Shown in pieces: positions 54,652-64,000 of a stretch of 64,000 bases of DNA; positions within the stretch are counted from its first letter, which is position 1, and the number at the start of each line of letters is the position of its first letter. Source of the stretch: Arcobacteraceae bacterium (GTDB lineage: Bacteria; Campylobacterota; Campylobacteria; Campylobacterales; Arcobacteraceae). The stretch covers positions 2,016,001 through 2,080,000 of the forward strand of contig OY759974.1 in the NCBI GenBank assembly GCA_963662945.1, written 5' to 3'. The notes below the pieces were generated by a model that made no database searches, was not told the DNA's origin, and was given only the letters and a program-made list of their open reading frames with translations. Made by a program: the position numbers and the translations under genes.

Positions 54652-55086
54652 ATGGAATGTGAAATGCCACAAGTAAATAGCAATAAAGATGAGATAAAAG
54701 CAATTTTAGATGAAACAAAAACCATTGCTATTATAGGATGTTCACCAAATGAAGAAAAAGCGAGCAATAAAGTAGCTGTATATTTAAAAAATAATGGATA
54801 CAAAATAATTCCTGTATATCCTAAAGAAGAGACAATATTGGGTGAAAAAGTATATAGAAGTTTAAGTGATATTCCTACGGATATTAAAATTGATATGGTA
54901 GATATATTTAGAAAACCTGATGTTATTGCATCTGTTGTAGATGAAGCATTAGAAAGAGGAGATGTTTGGTGTGTATGGACACAGTTAGGTTTAGTTCATA
55001 ATCAAGCAGCGCAAAAAGCCCAAGATGCTGGACTAAAAGTAGTACAAAGTCATTGTACTAAGATAGAGCACGCTGCTTTATTTTAG
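54652..55086 (+). CDS. CoA-binding protein (YccU-like)
   Basis: IAIIGCS, PVYP, DMVDIFR, WTQLG, CTKIEH. Confidence 0.9.
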   Translation: MECEMPQVNSNKDEIKAILDETKTIAIIGCSPNEEKASNKVAVYLKNNGYKIIPVYPKEETILGEKVYRSLSDIPTDIKIDMVDIFRKPDVIASVVDEALERGDVWCVWTQLGLVHNQAAQKAQDAGLKVVQSHCTKIEHAALF

Positions 55087-56372
55087 ATAGTACAAGTTGG
55101 ATTACTTTGCAACTGTAAAGTTGCAATAGTTCCACTAATACCATCTGTTCTATTTTTTAAAGTTATAGTTCCACCCAGTGCTTCAGCAGCACTTTTAGCT
55201 AAAAATAATCCAAGCCCAGCACCTTTTTCATTTCCGATTCTTTTAAATGGTGCAAATAAATCAACAGTTTCATCACAACCAATACCTTCATCAATAACTT
55301 CAACTTTAATAGATTGTTCATAAGGTGTTGTTCTTATAAGTATCTCTTTATTATTTGGAGTAAATTTAATTGCATTTTGTACAAAGTTTTGTATGATTTG
55401 TGTAAGAAGTGTTTGTTGAATTATAGTTGTAAAACTTTCTATATCTGTATAAAATGAAAGAGAAATATCTTTCTCTTTTGCTAAGAGTTTAAAACTTTCA
55501 GTTTTTGTTTGTAAATATTTCACAATATCTAACTCAATTGGTTTTTCAAACTGAGCTCCCTCTTGTCTTCCCATATCTAAAATTGATGTTATCATCTGAT
55601 TCATTCCATCAATCTCATCAAGAAAAACTTTTAAAACTTCTTCATATTTTTCAGGTTCTCTTTTTTTTGTAAGAGTTACTTGTGATTTCAGTTTCATAAC
55701 AGCAAGAGGGGTTTTAAGTTCATGTGCAGCACCAATAAATAATTCTTTTTGATATTTGACATGATTTTCTATTCTTGTGGTTAAGGTATTTATTGAATTA
55801 GCTAAAGGGATAAATTCTACAGGCATTTTTTTTGTATCTATTTGTGTCAAAGAGTTTTCATTCATATTAGATAATTTACTTGTGATTTTTAAAATAGGAA
55901 ATAAAAGAGTTTTTGACATTGCAAATGCATACACAATAATTAAAATAAGCCCACCTGTTCCTAAAAATAACAAATTACTGAATATTTTATTTAACATTTT
56001 ATGAGAAGAATTTATATTTCTTGTAAGTTTTAGATATTGATTTGTATCTAAATTCAAAGGATATATTAACTCCATAAAATGGTCATTTTTAATTTTATAC
56101 TTTTTATAATTGTGTTTTGGATTTTTTTCAATTGTAACAACTTCAATATTGGTATCATCATTAACCAAAACTCTTAAGTTGTCATGAACATTTGTTTTAT
56201 TTTGTGCAAGTGTTACGATAAGTTTTGCATCTTTTAGAAGCTCATCTGATATCTCTTCATAGATTGTTGCCTTTGTAAAACCATAAAAAATAAGTGATAA
56301 TACAATAACAAAAAATGAAGTAGCAAATATAAGCTTCTGTGAGAATTGCTTATAAATGCTTTTTGTATTCAT
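55083..56372 (-). CDS. Sensor histidine kinase (CosS-like), probable cognate of HsrA/CosR
   Basis: Two TMs, AAHELKTPL, NAIKF, DEGIG, GAGLGL; 4 bp after the regulator. Confidence 0.92.
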   Translation of the reverse strand: MNTKSIYKQFSQKLIFATSFFVIVLSLIFYGFTKATIYEEISDELLKDAKLIVTLAQNKTNVHDNLRVLVNDDTNIEVVTIEKNPKHNYKKYKIKNDHFMELIYPLNLDTNQYLKLTRNINSSHKMLNKIFSNLLFLGTGGLILIIVYAFAMSKTLLFPILKITSKLSNMNENSLTQIDTKKMPVEFIPLANSINTLTTRIENHVKYQKELFIGAAHELKTPLAVMKLKSQVTLTKKREPEKYEEVLKVFLDEIDGMNQMITSILDMGRQEGAQFEKPIELDIVKYLQTKTESFKLLAKEKDISLSFYTDIESFTTIIQQTLLTQIIQNFVQNAIKFTPNNKEILIRTTPYEQSIKVEVIDEGIGCDETVDLFAPFKRIGNEKGAGLGLFLAKSAAEALGGTITLKNRTDGISGTIATLQLQSNPTCTI

Positions 56373-56376
56373 AATT

Positions 56377-57060
56377 CTAGTTTTCTTCTTCTACTTTTGG
56401 TGGATAACAAAATCTGTATCCTCTTCTTCTAATTGTTTCAATAGTAGCTATATTTAATGGTTTATCCATTTTTTGTCTAATTTGGTTAATTGCAACTTCG
56501 ATAACGTTTGGAGTAACTAATTCTGGTTCTTCCCAAATTGCATCTAATAATTGTTCTTTTGAAACGATTTGATCTCTATGTCTTGCTAAGTGTGTTAAAA
56601 CTTCAAAAGGTTTTCCTTTTAGTTCAATTTCTACACCATTGTACATAATTTTCTCTTCATCTGGATTGATTGCTAAATCTTCGATTTTAATGATGTTTGT
56701 TCCACCAAATCTTAATCTACATTCAATTCTTGCTAATAAAATATCAAAATCAAAAGGTTTTTTAATATAATCATCAGCTCCTGTTTTTAGAGCTTTTATT
56801 TCGCTATCTTTATCATCTCTTGCACTTACGATAACTACTGATGTTCTACCGCTTCTATTTTTAACTATTTTTGTTAATTCTAATCCATCACCATCTGGTA
56901 ACATCCAATCAGTAAGAACTAAATCATAATTTCTAATCTCTATAAAGTACTCTGCATCTTTAAAATTTTCTGCTATATCAACTTGGTATCCAAAGTCTTG
57001 TAGCCCTTCTTGTAATGTTCTATTTAGTGTACTTTCATCTTCTACTATTAAAATTCTCAT
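56377..57060 (-). CDS. hsrA: OmpR-family homeostatic response regulator HsrA/CosR
   Basis: KGKPFEVLTHLARHRDQIVSKEQLLDAIWEEPELVTPNVIEVAINQIRQKMDKPL is characteristic of HP1043/CosR. Confidence 0.9.
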   Translation of the reverse strand: MRILIVEDESTLNRTLQEGLQDFGYQVDIAENFKDAEYFIEIRNYDLVLTDWMLPDGDGLELTKIVKNRSGRTSVVIVSARDDKDSEIKALKTGADDYIKKPFDFDILLARIECRLRFGGTNIIKIEDLAINPDEEKIMYNGVEIELKGKPFEVLTHLARHRDQIVSKEQLLDAIWEEPELVTPNVIEVAINQIRQKMDKPLNIATIETIRRRGYRFCYPPKVEEEN

Positions 57061-57088
57061 GTAATTTTATCCTTTTGGTATTTGTATT

Positions 57089-57139
57089 GTTAACTTAAAG
57101 TTAAGTTAACTCTTAGTTTTAAAGGTTGGGATTATAGCA
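57089..57139 (-). promoter_or_regulatory. Predicted hsrA promoter (extended -10) with downstream palindrome
   Basis: TGCTATAAT at 57131-57139 (minus); GTTAACTTAA-AG-TTAAGTTAAC at 57089-57110. Confidence 0.6.
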
Positions 57140-57275
57140 TAAAAAAAACAAAATTTAAAGAGGTTTTAAGCTAAATTTTAAAATTTATCATTTTTATATA
57201 TAAATACAGCTTCTAAATGGTGTTTAAATTAACTTCTGATACAATAGGCATTAAAAATTAAAAAGGTTGCATAGT

Positions 57276-58100
57276 ATGTTAAAAAATAGTAAAAAAGTAA
57301 TACTAAGTTTAGTTACAATGATTGCTATATCTGGAACGGCATTAGCTCAAACAGATAAAGTTTACGCTACAGTTAATGGTATAAATATCACTGAAAAAGA
57401 TGTATCATTACTTCTAAGAGGTCAAAATGTAAAGTTCGAATCTTTACAAAAAGATCAACAAAAACAAATATTGGATAGTTTAATAGAACAAAAACTATTA
57501 GCAGAAATGGCTTATAAAACAGATATCCCAAAATCAAAAGAATACAAAGAAGAGTTAGAAAAATTTAAGAAATCGTTAGCTTTTCAACTTTGGTTAAGAG
57601 ATTTTAGTAAAAAAATTACTATAGATGATAAAGAAGTAAAAAAATTCTATGATACAAATAGAGAAAAGTTTAAAACTCCTGATCAATTAAAAGCTAGTCA
57701 TATTTTAGTAAAAACTGAAAAAGAAGCTCAAGATATTATAAAAGAATTATCAAAATCAAAAAAATTGAAAGATGATTTTACAACATTAGCAAAAGAAAAA
57801 TCAGTTGGACCATCAGGTGCTAATGGTGGTGAACTAGGTTGGTTTACAAAAGAAAAAATGGTTCCAGAATTTAGTGAAGCAGCAAATAAATTATCAGTTG
57901 GTACTATAACAAAAACACCAGTTAAAACTAATTATGGTTATCATATTATTTATTTAGATGATAAAAAAGCTGCATCTATATTAGAATATAATAAAATCAA
58001 AGATAGATTGAAACAAGATTTAATGCAACAAAAATTTGCAGAAGATGCAAAAAAAGAAGCAGAAAAACTAATGAAAAAAGCTAAAATAGAATACAAATAG
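57276..58100 (+). CDS. Periplasmic parvulin-type peptidyl-prolyl isomerase (PEB4/SurA-like)
   Basis: Signal peptide, ASHILVK, GGELGWF, MVPEF, YGYHII; peb4-fba synteny; ATG 57276 chosen. Confidence 0.92.
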   Translation: MLKNSKKVILSLVTMIAISGTALAQTDKVYATVNGINITEKDVSLLLRGQNVKFESLQKDQQKQILDSLIEQKLLAEMAYKTDIPKSKEYKEELEKFKKSLAFQLWLRDFSKKITIDDKEVKKFYDTNREKFKTPDQLKASHILVKTEKEAQDIIKELSKSKKLKDDFTTLAKEKSVGPSGANGGELGWFTKEKMVPEFSEAANKLSVGTITKTPVKTNYGYHIIYLDDKKAASILEYNKIKDRLKQDLMQQKFAEDAKKEAEKLMKKAKIEYK

Positions 58101-58112
58101 AGGATAAATTAA

Positions 58113-59180
58113 ATGGCAGTATTAGATATCGTAAAAGCTGGAGTTCTTACAGGAAGTGAGACAAAAAAATTGTTTGATTATGCAAAAGAGAATAATTTTG
58201 CAATACCAGCTGTTAATATTGTAAACACAGAATCAATAAATGGTGTGCTTGAAGCAGCAGCTAAAGTAAACTCACCAATTATTTTACAGTTTTCAAATGG
58301 TGGTTCAACATTTTTTGCAGGAAAAGGATGTAAAGCACCAAATGCTTCAGTTTTAGGTGCAATTAGTGGTGCTAAACATATTCATATGATGGCAGAAGCA
58401 TACGGAGTACCTGTTGTGTTACATACCGATCATGCTGCTAGAAAACTATTACCTTGGATAGATAGTTTACTTGACGCTAGTGAACAGCATTTTAAGGAAA
58501 CAGGGCGACCTTTATATAGTTCTCATATGTTAGATTTAAGCGAAGAATCTTTAGAAGAAAATATTGATACTTGTGTAGAGTATTTTAAAAGAATGTCAAA
58601 AATTGATATTTTATTAGAGATTGAACTTGGTATCACTGGTGGAGAAGAAGATGGTGTAGATAATAGTGATGTTGATAATGCACTTTTATATACACAACCT
58701 AGTGAAGTTGATTATGCATATACAAGATTAAGTGAAGTAGGGGATAACTTTACTATCGCTGCTAGTTTTGGAAATGTTCATGGTGTTTATAAACCAGGGA
58801 ATGTAGTACTTACTCCAAAAATTCTTGATAATTCACAACAATATATTCAAGAAAAACATAATCTATCTGCAAAACCTGTAAATTTTGTATTTCATGGTGG
58901 AAGTGGTTCTACACTTGAAGAGATAAGAGAAGCTATTGGATATGGTGTTGTAAAGATGAATATCGATACAGATACACAATGGGCTTTTTGGGATGGTGTA
59001 AGAGGTTTTGAAAAAGAAAACCATGATTATCTTCAAGGTCAAATAGGAAATCCAGAAGGTGAAGATAAACCTAATAAAAAATATTATGATCCTAGAGTTT
59101 GGTTAAGAGCTGGACAAATGACATTAATTGCAAGACTTGAAGTAGCTTTTAATGATTTAAATTGTGTTGGTAAAAATTAA
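58113..59180 (+). CDS. fbaA: Class II fructose-bisphosphate aldolase (housekeeping copy)
   Basis: HTDH, GGEEDG, FGNVHG, VFHGGSG. Confidence 0.97.
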   Translation: MAVLDIVKAGVLTGSETKKLFDYAKENNFAIPAVNIVNTESINGVLEAAAKVNSPIILQFSNGGSTFFAGKGCKAPNASVLGAISGAKHIHMMAEAYGVPVVLHTDHAARKLLPWIDSLLDASEQHFKETGRPLYSSHMLDLSEESLEENIDTCVEYFKRMSKIDILLEIELGITGGEEDGVDNSDVDNALLYTQPSEVDYAYTRLSEVGDNFTIAASFGNVHGVYKPGNVVLTPKILDNSQQYIQEKHNLSAKPVNFVFHGGSGSTLEEIREAIGYGVVKMNIDTDTQWAFWDGVRGFEKENHDYLQGQIGNPEGEDKPNKKYYDPRVWLRAGQMTLIARLEVAFNDLNCVGKN

Positions 59181-59193
59181 AATATTTTTCCAT

Positions 59194-59228
59194 AAAAAAA
59201 GGGTAGCTAAATATAGCTACCCTTTTTT
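59194..59228. terminator. Bidirectional intrinsic terminator
   Basis: AAAAAAGGGTAGCTA-AATA-TAGCTACCCTTTTTT. Confidence 0.88.
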
Positions 59229-59245
59229 ATTTCAAGAAAAAGAGA

Positions 59246-59992
59246 TTATTCTTCTCCTGAAATTTTTTCTCCTGAATAACTTACTATACCATGAGTATAA
59301 TTTGAAACTTGTTTCCAACCCATATCTATAAGTACTCTTTGACAATATGCACTTCTACTACCTGTTAGACAATAAAGAATTGTAGGTTTTTCTTTTTGGT
59401 TTTCAATTTGATCAACAGTATTATAAAAAGATGTAGTTGGTATAAGATAATCTGTACCTTTAATTCTTTCTTGATGCCACTCCATCCACTCACGTACATC
59501 TACAAGATTGAATTCAACCATACCTAAATCTCTTGCTTCCAGTAAAGCTGATATTTCATCTCCATCTAGTTGTTCATGTTTTAAGATTGCTTCACATTCC
59601 TCTTTTGTTAAACCTCTTGAGTGTGTATGTGCTACTTCTTCTGCTTTTTCTTCAATTGCATTTGCAGCTGCATATTCTGGTGTACAGAAAATTCCACAGT
59701 GACATTTTCCATCTTCAGGGATCTCTTTTTCAATAGCAGGTTTACAAGGACAGATTCTATTATCAGCTGCTTTTCTTTCTTCTTTAGTTTCTCCAATAAC
59801 CATAAAACAAGGGCAAAATCTTTTATTGTAGATTATTTTATTTCTAGCAAGCCCCATCATAACACCTTCATTAACATCTTCAATTGGGTTGTAAACCCAA
59901 CCATTGCTAGAACACATTTTGTCTGTAAATTCTTTGGTTCTTACCATCTCCTCTTTGAATTCTGCAGATTCCATATCTATTTTTATCATCAT
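59246..59992 (-). CDS. Ferredoxin-thioredoxin reductase catalytic domain fused to a rhodanese domain
   Basis: CPC..CPC..CHC; then DVRE..EW..IKG, YCLTGSRS, GIVSY; start 59992 or 59998. Confidence 0.85.
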   Translation of the reverse strand: MMIKIDMESAEFKEEMVRTKEFTDKMCSSNGWVYNPIEDVNEGVMMGLARNKIIYNKRFCPCFMVIGETKEERKAADNRICPCKPAIEKEIPEDGKCHCGIFCTPEYAAANAIEEKAEEVAHTHSRGLTKEECEAILKHEQLDGDEISALLEARDLGMVEFNLVDVREWMEWHQERIKGTDYLIPTTSFYNTVDQIENQKEKPTILYCLTGSRSAYCQRVLIDMGWKQVSNYTHGIVSYSGEKISGEE

Positions 59993-60101
59993 ATTCACTT
60001 ACCTAATTAATAATTTTTATAATAATAGAGAAATTTTGTTAATATACACTTAATTTGGTGGTTTAATTAATATATAAAGGCTAACTATATTATAATATTT
60101 T

Positions 60102-61172
60102 ATGAATATATTAGAACAAATTTATGAAATAAATTTCAATAAAATCAATTTCTTAGAGCGTAAAGTTTCTATTTTAAATCCAAATACTATTTTAGTTGGA
60201 AGCCCAAAAAGTGGTAAAACTTATCTTATCTATGATTATTTATCAAGATTTGAAAATGAAGATTATCTATATATAGATTTTGATGATTATAAAAATGATT
60301 TTAAAGAGATAGAAGAAAATCTAGAGATATTTATAAAAAAAAATAATATTAAAGTTTTAGTTCTAGAAAATTATAAATTTAACCTTACTTTACCAAAAGT
60401 TACAAGTACAATTATTACAACAAAAGAAATAAATGTATTAAAAGGTTTTGATAAAATATTTGTGAAACAATTAGATTTTGAAGAATTTTTACTTTTTGAT
60501 ACAAAACATCAGAGTACTTTAAATAGTTTTAATAGTTTTTTGAAGTTTGGGAATAGTCCAGATGTACTTGAGTATAATGAACAAAAGAAATCTGTGCGTA
60601 ATTATGAAATTTGTAAACTTTATTGTGAAGATAAAACACAATTGGAGATATTGTTTATAATTATAAAGTTTGCTTCAGAAAAAAAATCTTTATATCAATT
60701 GTTTAGTAGTTTAAAAAAAGAGATTAAAATCTCAAAAGATAAGTTTTATAAAACGTGTGAAGAGTTGGAACAAAATAAACTCATATATCTTTGTTCTAAA
60801 TATCAACAGCTAAAAGCAGTTAAAAAAGTCTTTGTTTTTAATCATGCATTGATAGATATTGTTTCTTATAAAAAAAATTTTAATAATTTATTTAAAAATA
60901 TGGTTTTTTTAGAATTGGAGAAACGATATTTAGATATCTTTTATCTTGATAATATAGATTTTTATATGCCAAAAGAAAATCATATAGTTCTAGCAATACC
61001 ATTTTTTAATGATTTGATATCTTCTACTATTGTTTCAAAAGTGATTCCAATGGCAGAAGAATATGAGATAAAACATATTTCCATAGTAACTGTAAGTAGT
61101 GAAAAAACGATTTTTATAGGAGATATAGAAGCACAAATTATGCCATTTTATAATTGGGTATTAACACTATGA
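60102..61172 (+). CDS. AAA_14-type ATP-binding protein
   Basis: GSPKSGKT Walker A, YIDFDD, LDFEEF; Walker B looks degenerate (VLVLEN). Confidence 0.75.
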   Translation: MNILEQIYEINFNKINFLERKVSILNPNTILVGSPKSGKTYLIYDYLSRFENEDYLYIDFDDYKNDFKEIEENLEIFIKKNNIKVLVLENYKFNLTLPKVTSTIITTKEINVLKGFDKIFVKQLDFEEFLLFDTKHQSTLNSFNSFLKFGNSPDVLEYNEQKKSVRNYEICKLYCEDKTQLEILFIIIKFASEKKSLYQLFSSLKKEIKISKDKFYKTCEELEQNKLIYLCSKYQQLKAVKKVFVFNHALIDIVSYKKNFNNLFKNMVFLELEKRYLDIFYLDNIDFYMPKENHIVLAIPFFNDLISSTIVSKVIPMAEEYEIKHISIVTVSSEKTIFIGDIEAQIMPFYNWVLTL

Positions 61173-61753
61173 GAGAAAATTATCATCAAAATTTATGTGG
61201 TATAGATGAAGCAGGTCGAGGCCCTTTTGCAGGACCTTTAGTTGTTGCAGGTGTTGTTTTGACAAAAGATATTGAAGAACTTGATGATTCTAAGAAATTA
61301 ACTGAAAAAAAACGGGAAAAGCTTTTTGATATTATTAAAGAAAATAGTTTTCATCATATAGTTTTTAGTAGTGCAGAAAAAATAGATAAAGTTGGATTAA
61401 GTCGTTGTTTACAAGAATCCATAAAAGAGATTATAAAAAATCTTGATGCACAACAATATTTAATGGATGGCAATACAGCTTTTGGAATAGCAAATCTTCA
61501 CTATCTTATAAAAGCAGATGCAAAAATAAAAGAGGTGAGCGCTGCTTCAATATTGGCAAAAGTTAGTCGAGATAGATATATGTGTGAAATATCCTCAAAG
61601 TATCCAAACTATGCTTTTGAGAAGCATAAAGGGTATGGTACAAAAGCACATATTGAAGCTATAGTAACTCATGGTTATAGTGATATTCATAGAAGAAGTT
61701 TCAAGATAAAACAACTTGAAACTTTTACCATAAAAGAACCTACTTTATTCTAG
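61169..61753 (+). CDS. rnhB: Ribonuclease HII
   Basis: GIDEAGRGP, DSKKL, DGN, KAD, SAASILAKVSRD, HKGYGT; start set at ATGA overlap 61169. Confidence 0.96.
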   Translation: MRENYHQNLCGIDEAGRGPFAGPLVVAGVVLTKDIEELDDSKKLTEKKREKLFDIIKENSFHHIVFSSAEKIDKVGLSRCLQESIKEIIKNLDAQQYLMDGNTAFGIANLHYLIKADAKIKEVSAASILAKVSRDRYMCEISSKYPNYAFEKHKGYGTKAHIEAIVTHGYSDIHRRSFKIKQLETFTIKEPTLF

Positions 61754-62968
61754 ACTTTTTAATGCTTTTTTTATAGTAGCAGTGATTTTGTAAAGTTCAT
61801 TGTCAGTAATATTATAAGAAACGATACTGTACACAAGTTTTCCAAATGGTCGTATCCAAACACCATTTTTTACACAAAATTCTTGTATAGTTTGTGCATA
61901 TTTATCACTTTTGAGTTCCACAACTCCAATTGCACCTATATTCCTTACCTCTTGAACTATTTCTAGATTTTTCAATGGTTGTAATTCGTGAGTAAAAATA
62001 TTTTCTATATTTGCAACTTTTTGTTGCCAAGATGAATTAATCAACAAATCTATACTTGCATTCGCAACGCTACACGCTAATGGATTTCCCATAAATGTAG
62101 GTCCGTGCATAATAACACCTATTTCACTGTTTGATATAGTATCACTGATATGTTTTGTAGTCATCATAGCAGCCATTGTCATAACTCCACCAGTAAGACC
62201 TTTCCCTACCGCCATAATATCAGGAAGAATATCAGCATGGTCACATCCCCACATTTTTCCTGTATGTCCAAAACCTGTTGCTATCTCATCTGCAATAAGT
62301 GGAATATCATATTTCGTACAAAGCTTTCTAGCTACTTGAAGATATTGAGGAGTATGTATTTTCATACCACCAGCACCTTGAACTATTGGTTCAACTATGA
62401 TGCCTGCCACTTCATTTTTATATTTTTCTATGGTTGTTCCCATGTTTTCTACATCACAAAAGATATTTTGAGGTAAGTACTCTCCATATAAAGAGTGCAT
62501 AGAGTTTTTTGGATCACATACACCCATACAGCCTAAAGTATCTCCATGATAAGCATTATTCAGTGCTATAAACTTTGAGACATTTTTCCCTTTTGCTTTT
62601 TTGTAAAGAATGGCAGTTTTCAGAGCTACTTCTATAGATACACTGCCACTATCAGCTAAAAATACACTAGGAAGTTTACTAAGTTTTGCAAGTTTTTTAC
62701 ATAGCTCAACTGCTGGTTTATGTGTAAGCCCACCAAACATAATATGTGGCATTCTATTTGCTTGAGTTTCAAGTGCTTGTATTAAAGTAGGGTGGTTGTA
62801 CCCATGGATTGCACTCCACCATGAACTCATAGCATCTATAAGTTCTCTGCCATCTTCTAAAACTATAGTTTGTGCATATGTTTCTTTTACAGCGAGGATT
62901 GTTGTTTTTGAGGGGAGGGAGTTATATGGATGCCAAGTGTGTTGATTGTCAAGTTCTAATATATTCAT
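61745..62968 (-). CDS. bioA: Adenosylmethionine-8-amino-7-oxononanoate transaminase
   Basis: WHPY, SSWW, SGSVSIEVALK, YHGDT, DEIATGFG, GKGLTGG, HGPTFMGNP; start corrected to ATG 62968. Confidence 0.96.
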   Translation of the reverse strand: MNILELDNQHTWHPYNSLPSKTTILAVKETYAQTIVLEDGRELIDAMSSWWSAIHGYNHPTLIQALETQANRMPHIMFGGLTHKPAVELCKKLAKLSKLPSVFLADSGSVSIEVALKTAILYKKAKGKNVSKFIALNNAYHGDTLGCMGVCDPKNSMHSLYGEYLPQNIFCDVENMGTTIEKYKNEVAGIIVEPIVQGAGGMKIHTPQYLQVARKLCTKYDIPLIADEIATGFGHTGKMWGCDHADILPDIMAVGKGLTGGVMTMAAMMTTKHISDTISNSEIGVIMHGPTFMGNPLACSVANASIDLLINSSWQQKVANIENIFTHELQPLKNLEIVQEVRNIGAIGVVELKSDKYAQTIQEFCVKNGVWIRPFGKLVYSIVSYNITDNELYKITATIKKALKSLE

Positions 62969-62989
62969 CTTGCAATTGTACAAAAAATT

Positions 62990-62998
62990 TGCTATAAT
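62990..62998 (+). promoter_or_regulatory. Extended -10 promoter of ssrA
   Basis: TGCTATAAT 16 nt upstream of the predicted mature tmRNA 5' end. Confidence 0.7.
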
Positions 62999-63014
62999 TC
63001 CAAACATATTTAAT

Positions 63015-63412
63015 GGGGTCGACTTGGTATCGATTAGAGCAGTGAGTATTAGTTGCATGTCGGTTTGAACATATCGATAATCTGTTCACTTTTTTTAGAC
63101 GCAAACAATACAAATTACGCTCCAGCTTACGCAAAAGCTGCGTAAGTTTAACAACTTAACGGACTCCCCCTTTTAGGGGTTGAGACCATGGAGGTTCTCA
63201 CCACAGATTCTATCTATGTGGGATTAGAGGACTCAAACCAGATAGATTATCTTTGTAGCTTGATTGACTATAAGGAGACATTTAAATCTTAGCCTAGCAG
63301 TTGCTTTGCAGGTTGAGTTGCTGTATAGGTGAAGTTTTTCAACCTCTCTAAGCATGTAGACGCTAATATGAATTGTTTTAAGACTCCGGTTCAATCCCGG
63401 ACGACTCCACCA
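63015..63412 (+). ncRNA. ssrA: Transfer-messenger RNA; tag ANNTNYAPAYAKAA at 63101-63145
   Basis: Acceptor stem GGGGTCG/CGACTCC with G3:U pair, ACCA end, T-arm TCCGG-TTCAATC-CCGGA, tag ending AKAA-stop. Confidence 0.97.
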
Positions 63413-64000
63413 TTAAATAATCTAACACAATCTAATAAAATCCATATAAACAGCATAAATACATATAGTTAAGGCTTTTAATAGTCTAATATGCTATAAT
63501 AAAATACAACAAAATCTATATTTTTTAGTGGGTATTATAGTGGGTATTTTGAAAATATCCCTAAAAATTAAAAACTAATACCCCCCTAATATTTATAAGG
63601 CGTATATTATGGCAAGACAAACAGTACCTTTAACAGCAACACAAATTAAAAATTCAAAACCACAAGAGAAAAAATACAAGCTTTCAGATGGTGGGGGATT
63701 GTTTTTACAAATTAATCCAAATGGTTCAAAGTTTTGGAGATTGAAATATCGGTTAAATAATAAAGAAAAAGAGTATGCAATAGGTGTATATCCAACAATA
63801 TCTTTATTAGATGCAAGAGCTAAAAGAGAAGAGTTAAAAAAACTTATTGCTGATGGTGTTGATATAAACCAACAAAAGCAAACTAATAAAAAGATACTAA
63901 AACAAGTAGAAAAGAAAAAAGATAATACATTTTATAAGGTATCTCAATTATGGTTAAAGAGTTATGAAAAAGAAGTGTCTGAAAACTATCATATAAAATT
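63413..64000 (+). mobile_element. Left end of an integrative element (genomic island, prophage or satellite) inserted at ssrA
   Basis: Integrase gene 197 bp after the tmRNA 3' end; repeat motifs in between. Confidence 0.8.
63609..64000 (+). CDS. P4-like tyrosine integrase, N-terminal arm-binding domain (runs off the right edge)
   Basis: Not in ORF track. Manual translation MARQTVPLTATQIKNSKPQEKKYKLSDGGGLFLQINPNGSKFWRLKYR..AIGVYPTISLLDAR; AAGG RBS. Confidence 0.93.
   Translation, partial: MARQTVPLTATQIKNSKPQEKKYKLSDGGGLFLQINPNGSKFWRLKYRLNNKEKEYAIGVYPTISLLDARAKREELKKLIADGVDINQQKQTNKKILKQVEKKKDNTFYKVSQLWLKSYEKEVSENYHIK

Noticed and set aside
62969-63058. N-terminal extension of BioA in the ORF track
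   Set aside because: Runs antisense into tmRNA and its promoter; BioA-like sequence starts at MNILELD (62968).

Overview
AT-rich (roughly 30% GC by eye) bacterial chromosome segment from a Campylobacterota organism, most likely Arcobacteraceae. This rests on the cvpA-fur-lysS-glyA, peb4-fba and eno-ftsB-AMIN synteny, an hsrA/cosR gene, short BioB, MqnD and the tmRNA tag ANNTNYAPAYAKAA. Bases 1-17.3 kb hold a glycogen plus glycolysis module: partial glgA, a GalT-like gene, GH57, an NDP-sugar pyrophosphorylase fused to a dead mutase, two pyruvate kinases, pfkA, gap, second copies of fba and eno, pgm, and a full-length FBPase homologue lacking its catalytic motifs, preceded by a 170-bp inverted-repeat element. 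The middle and right are mostly core genes (ispG, fur, lysS, glyA, trpE, mqnD, murB, comM, fusA-rpsG-rpsL, recA, eno, bioB, hsrA, fba, rnhB, bioA) mixed with signalling genes, a Slam-like barrel/FecR-domain pair and an FTR-rhodanese fusion. The window ends with tmRNA and the start of a P4-like integrase, the left edge of an integrated element. Best leads: the pseudo-FBPase and its upstream element, the non-canonical glycogen module, and a palindrome at identical spacing in the predicted recA and comM promoters. All calls come from reading motifs; no database search was run.
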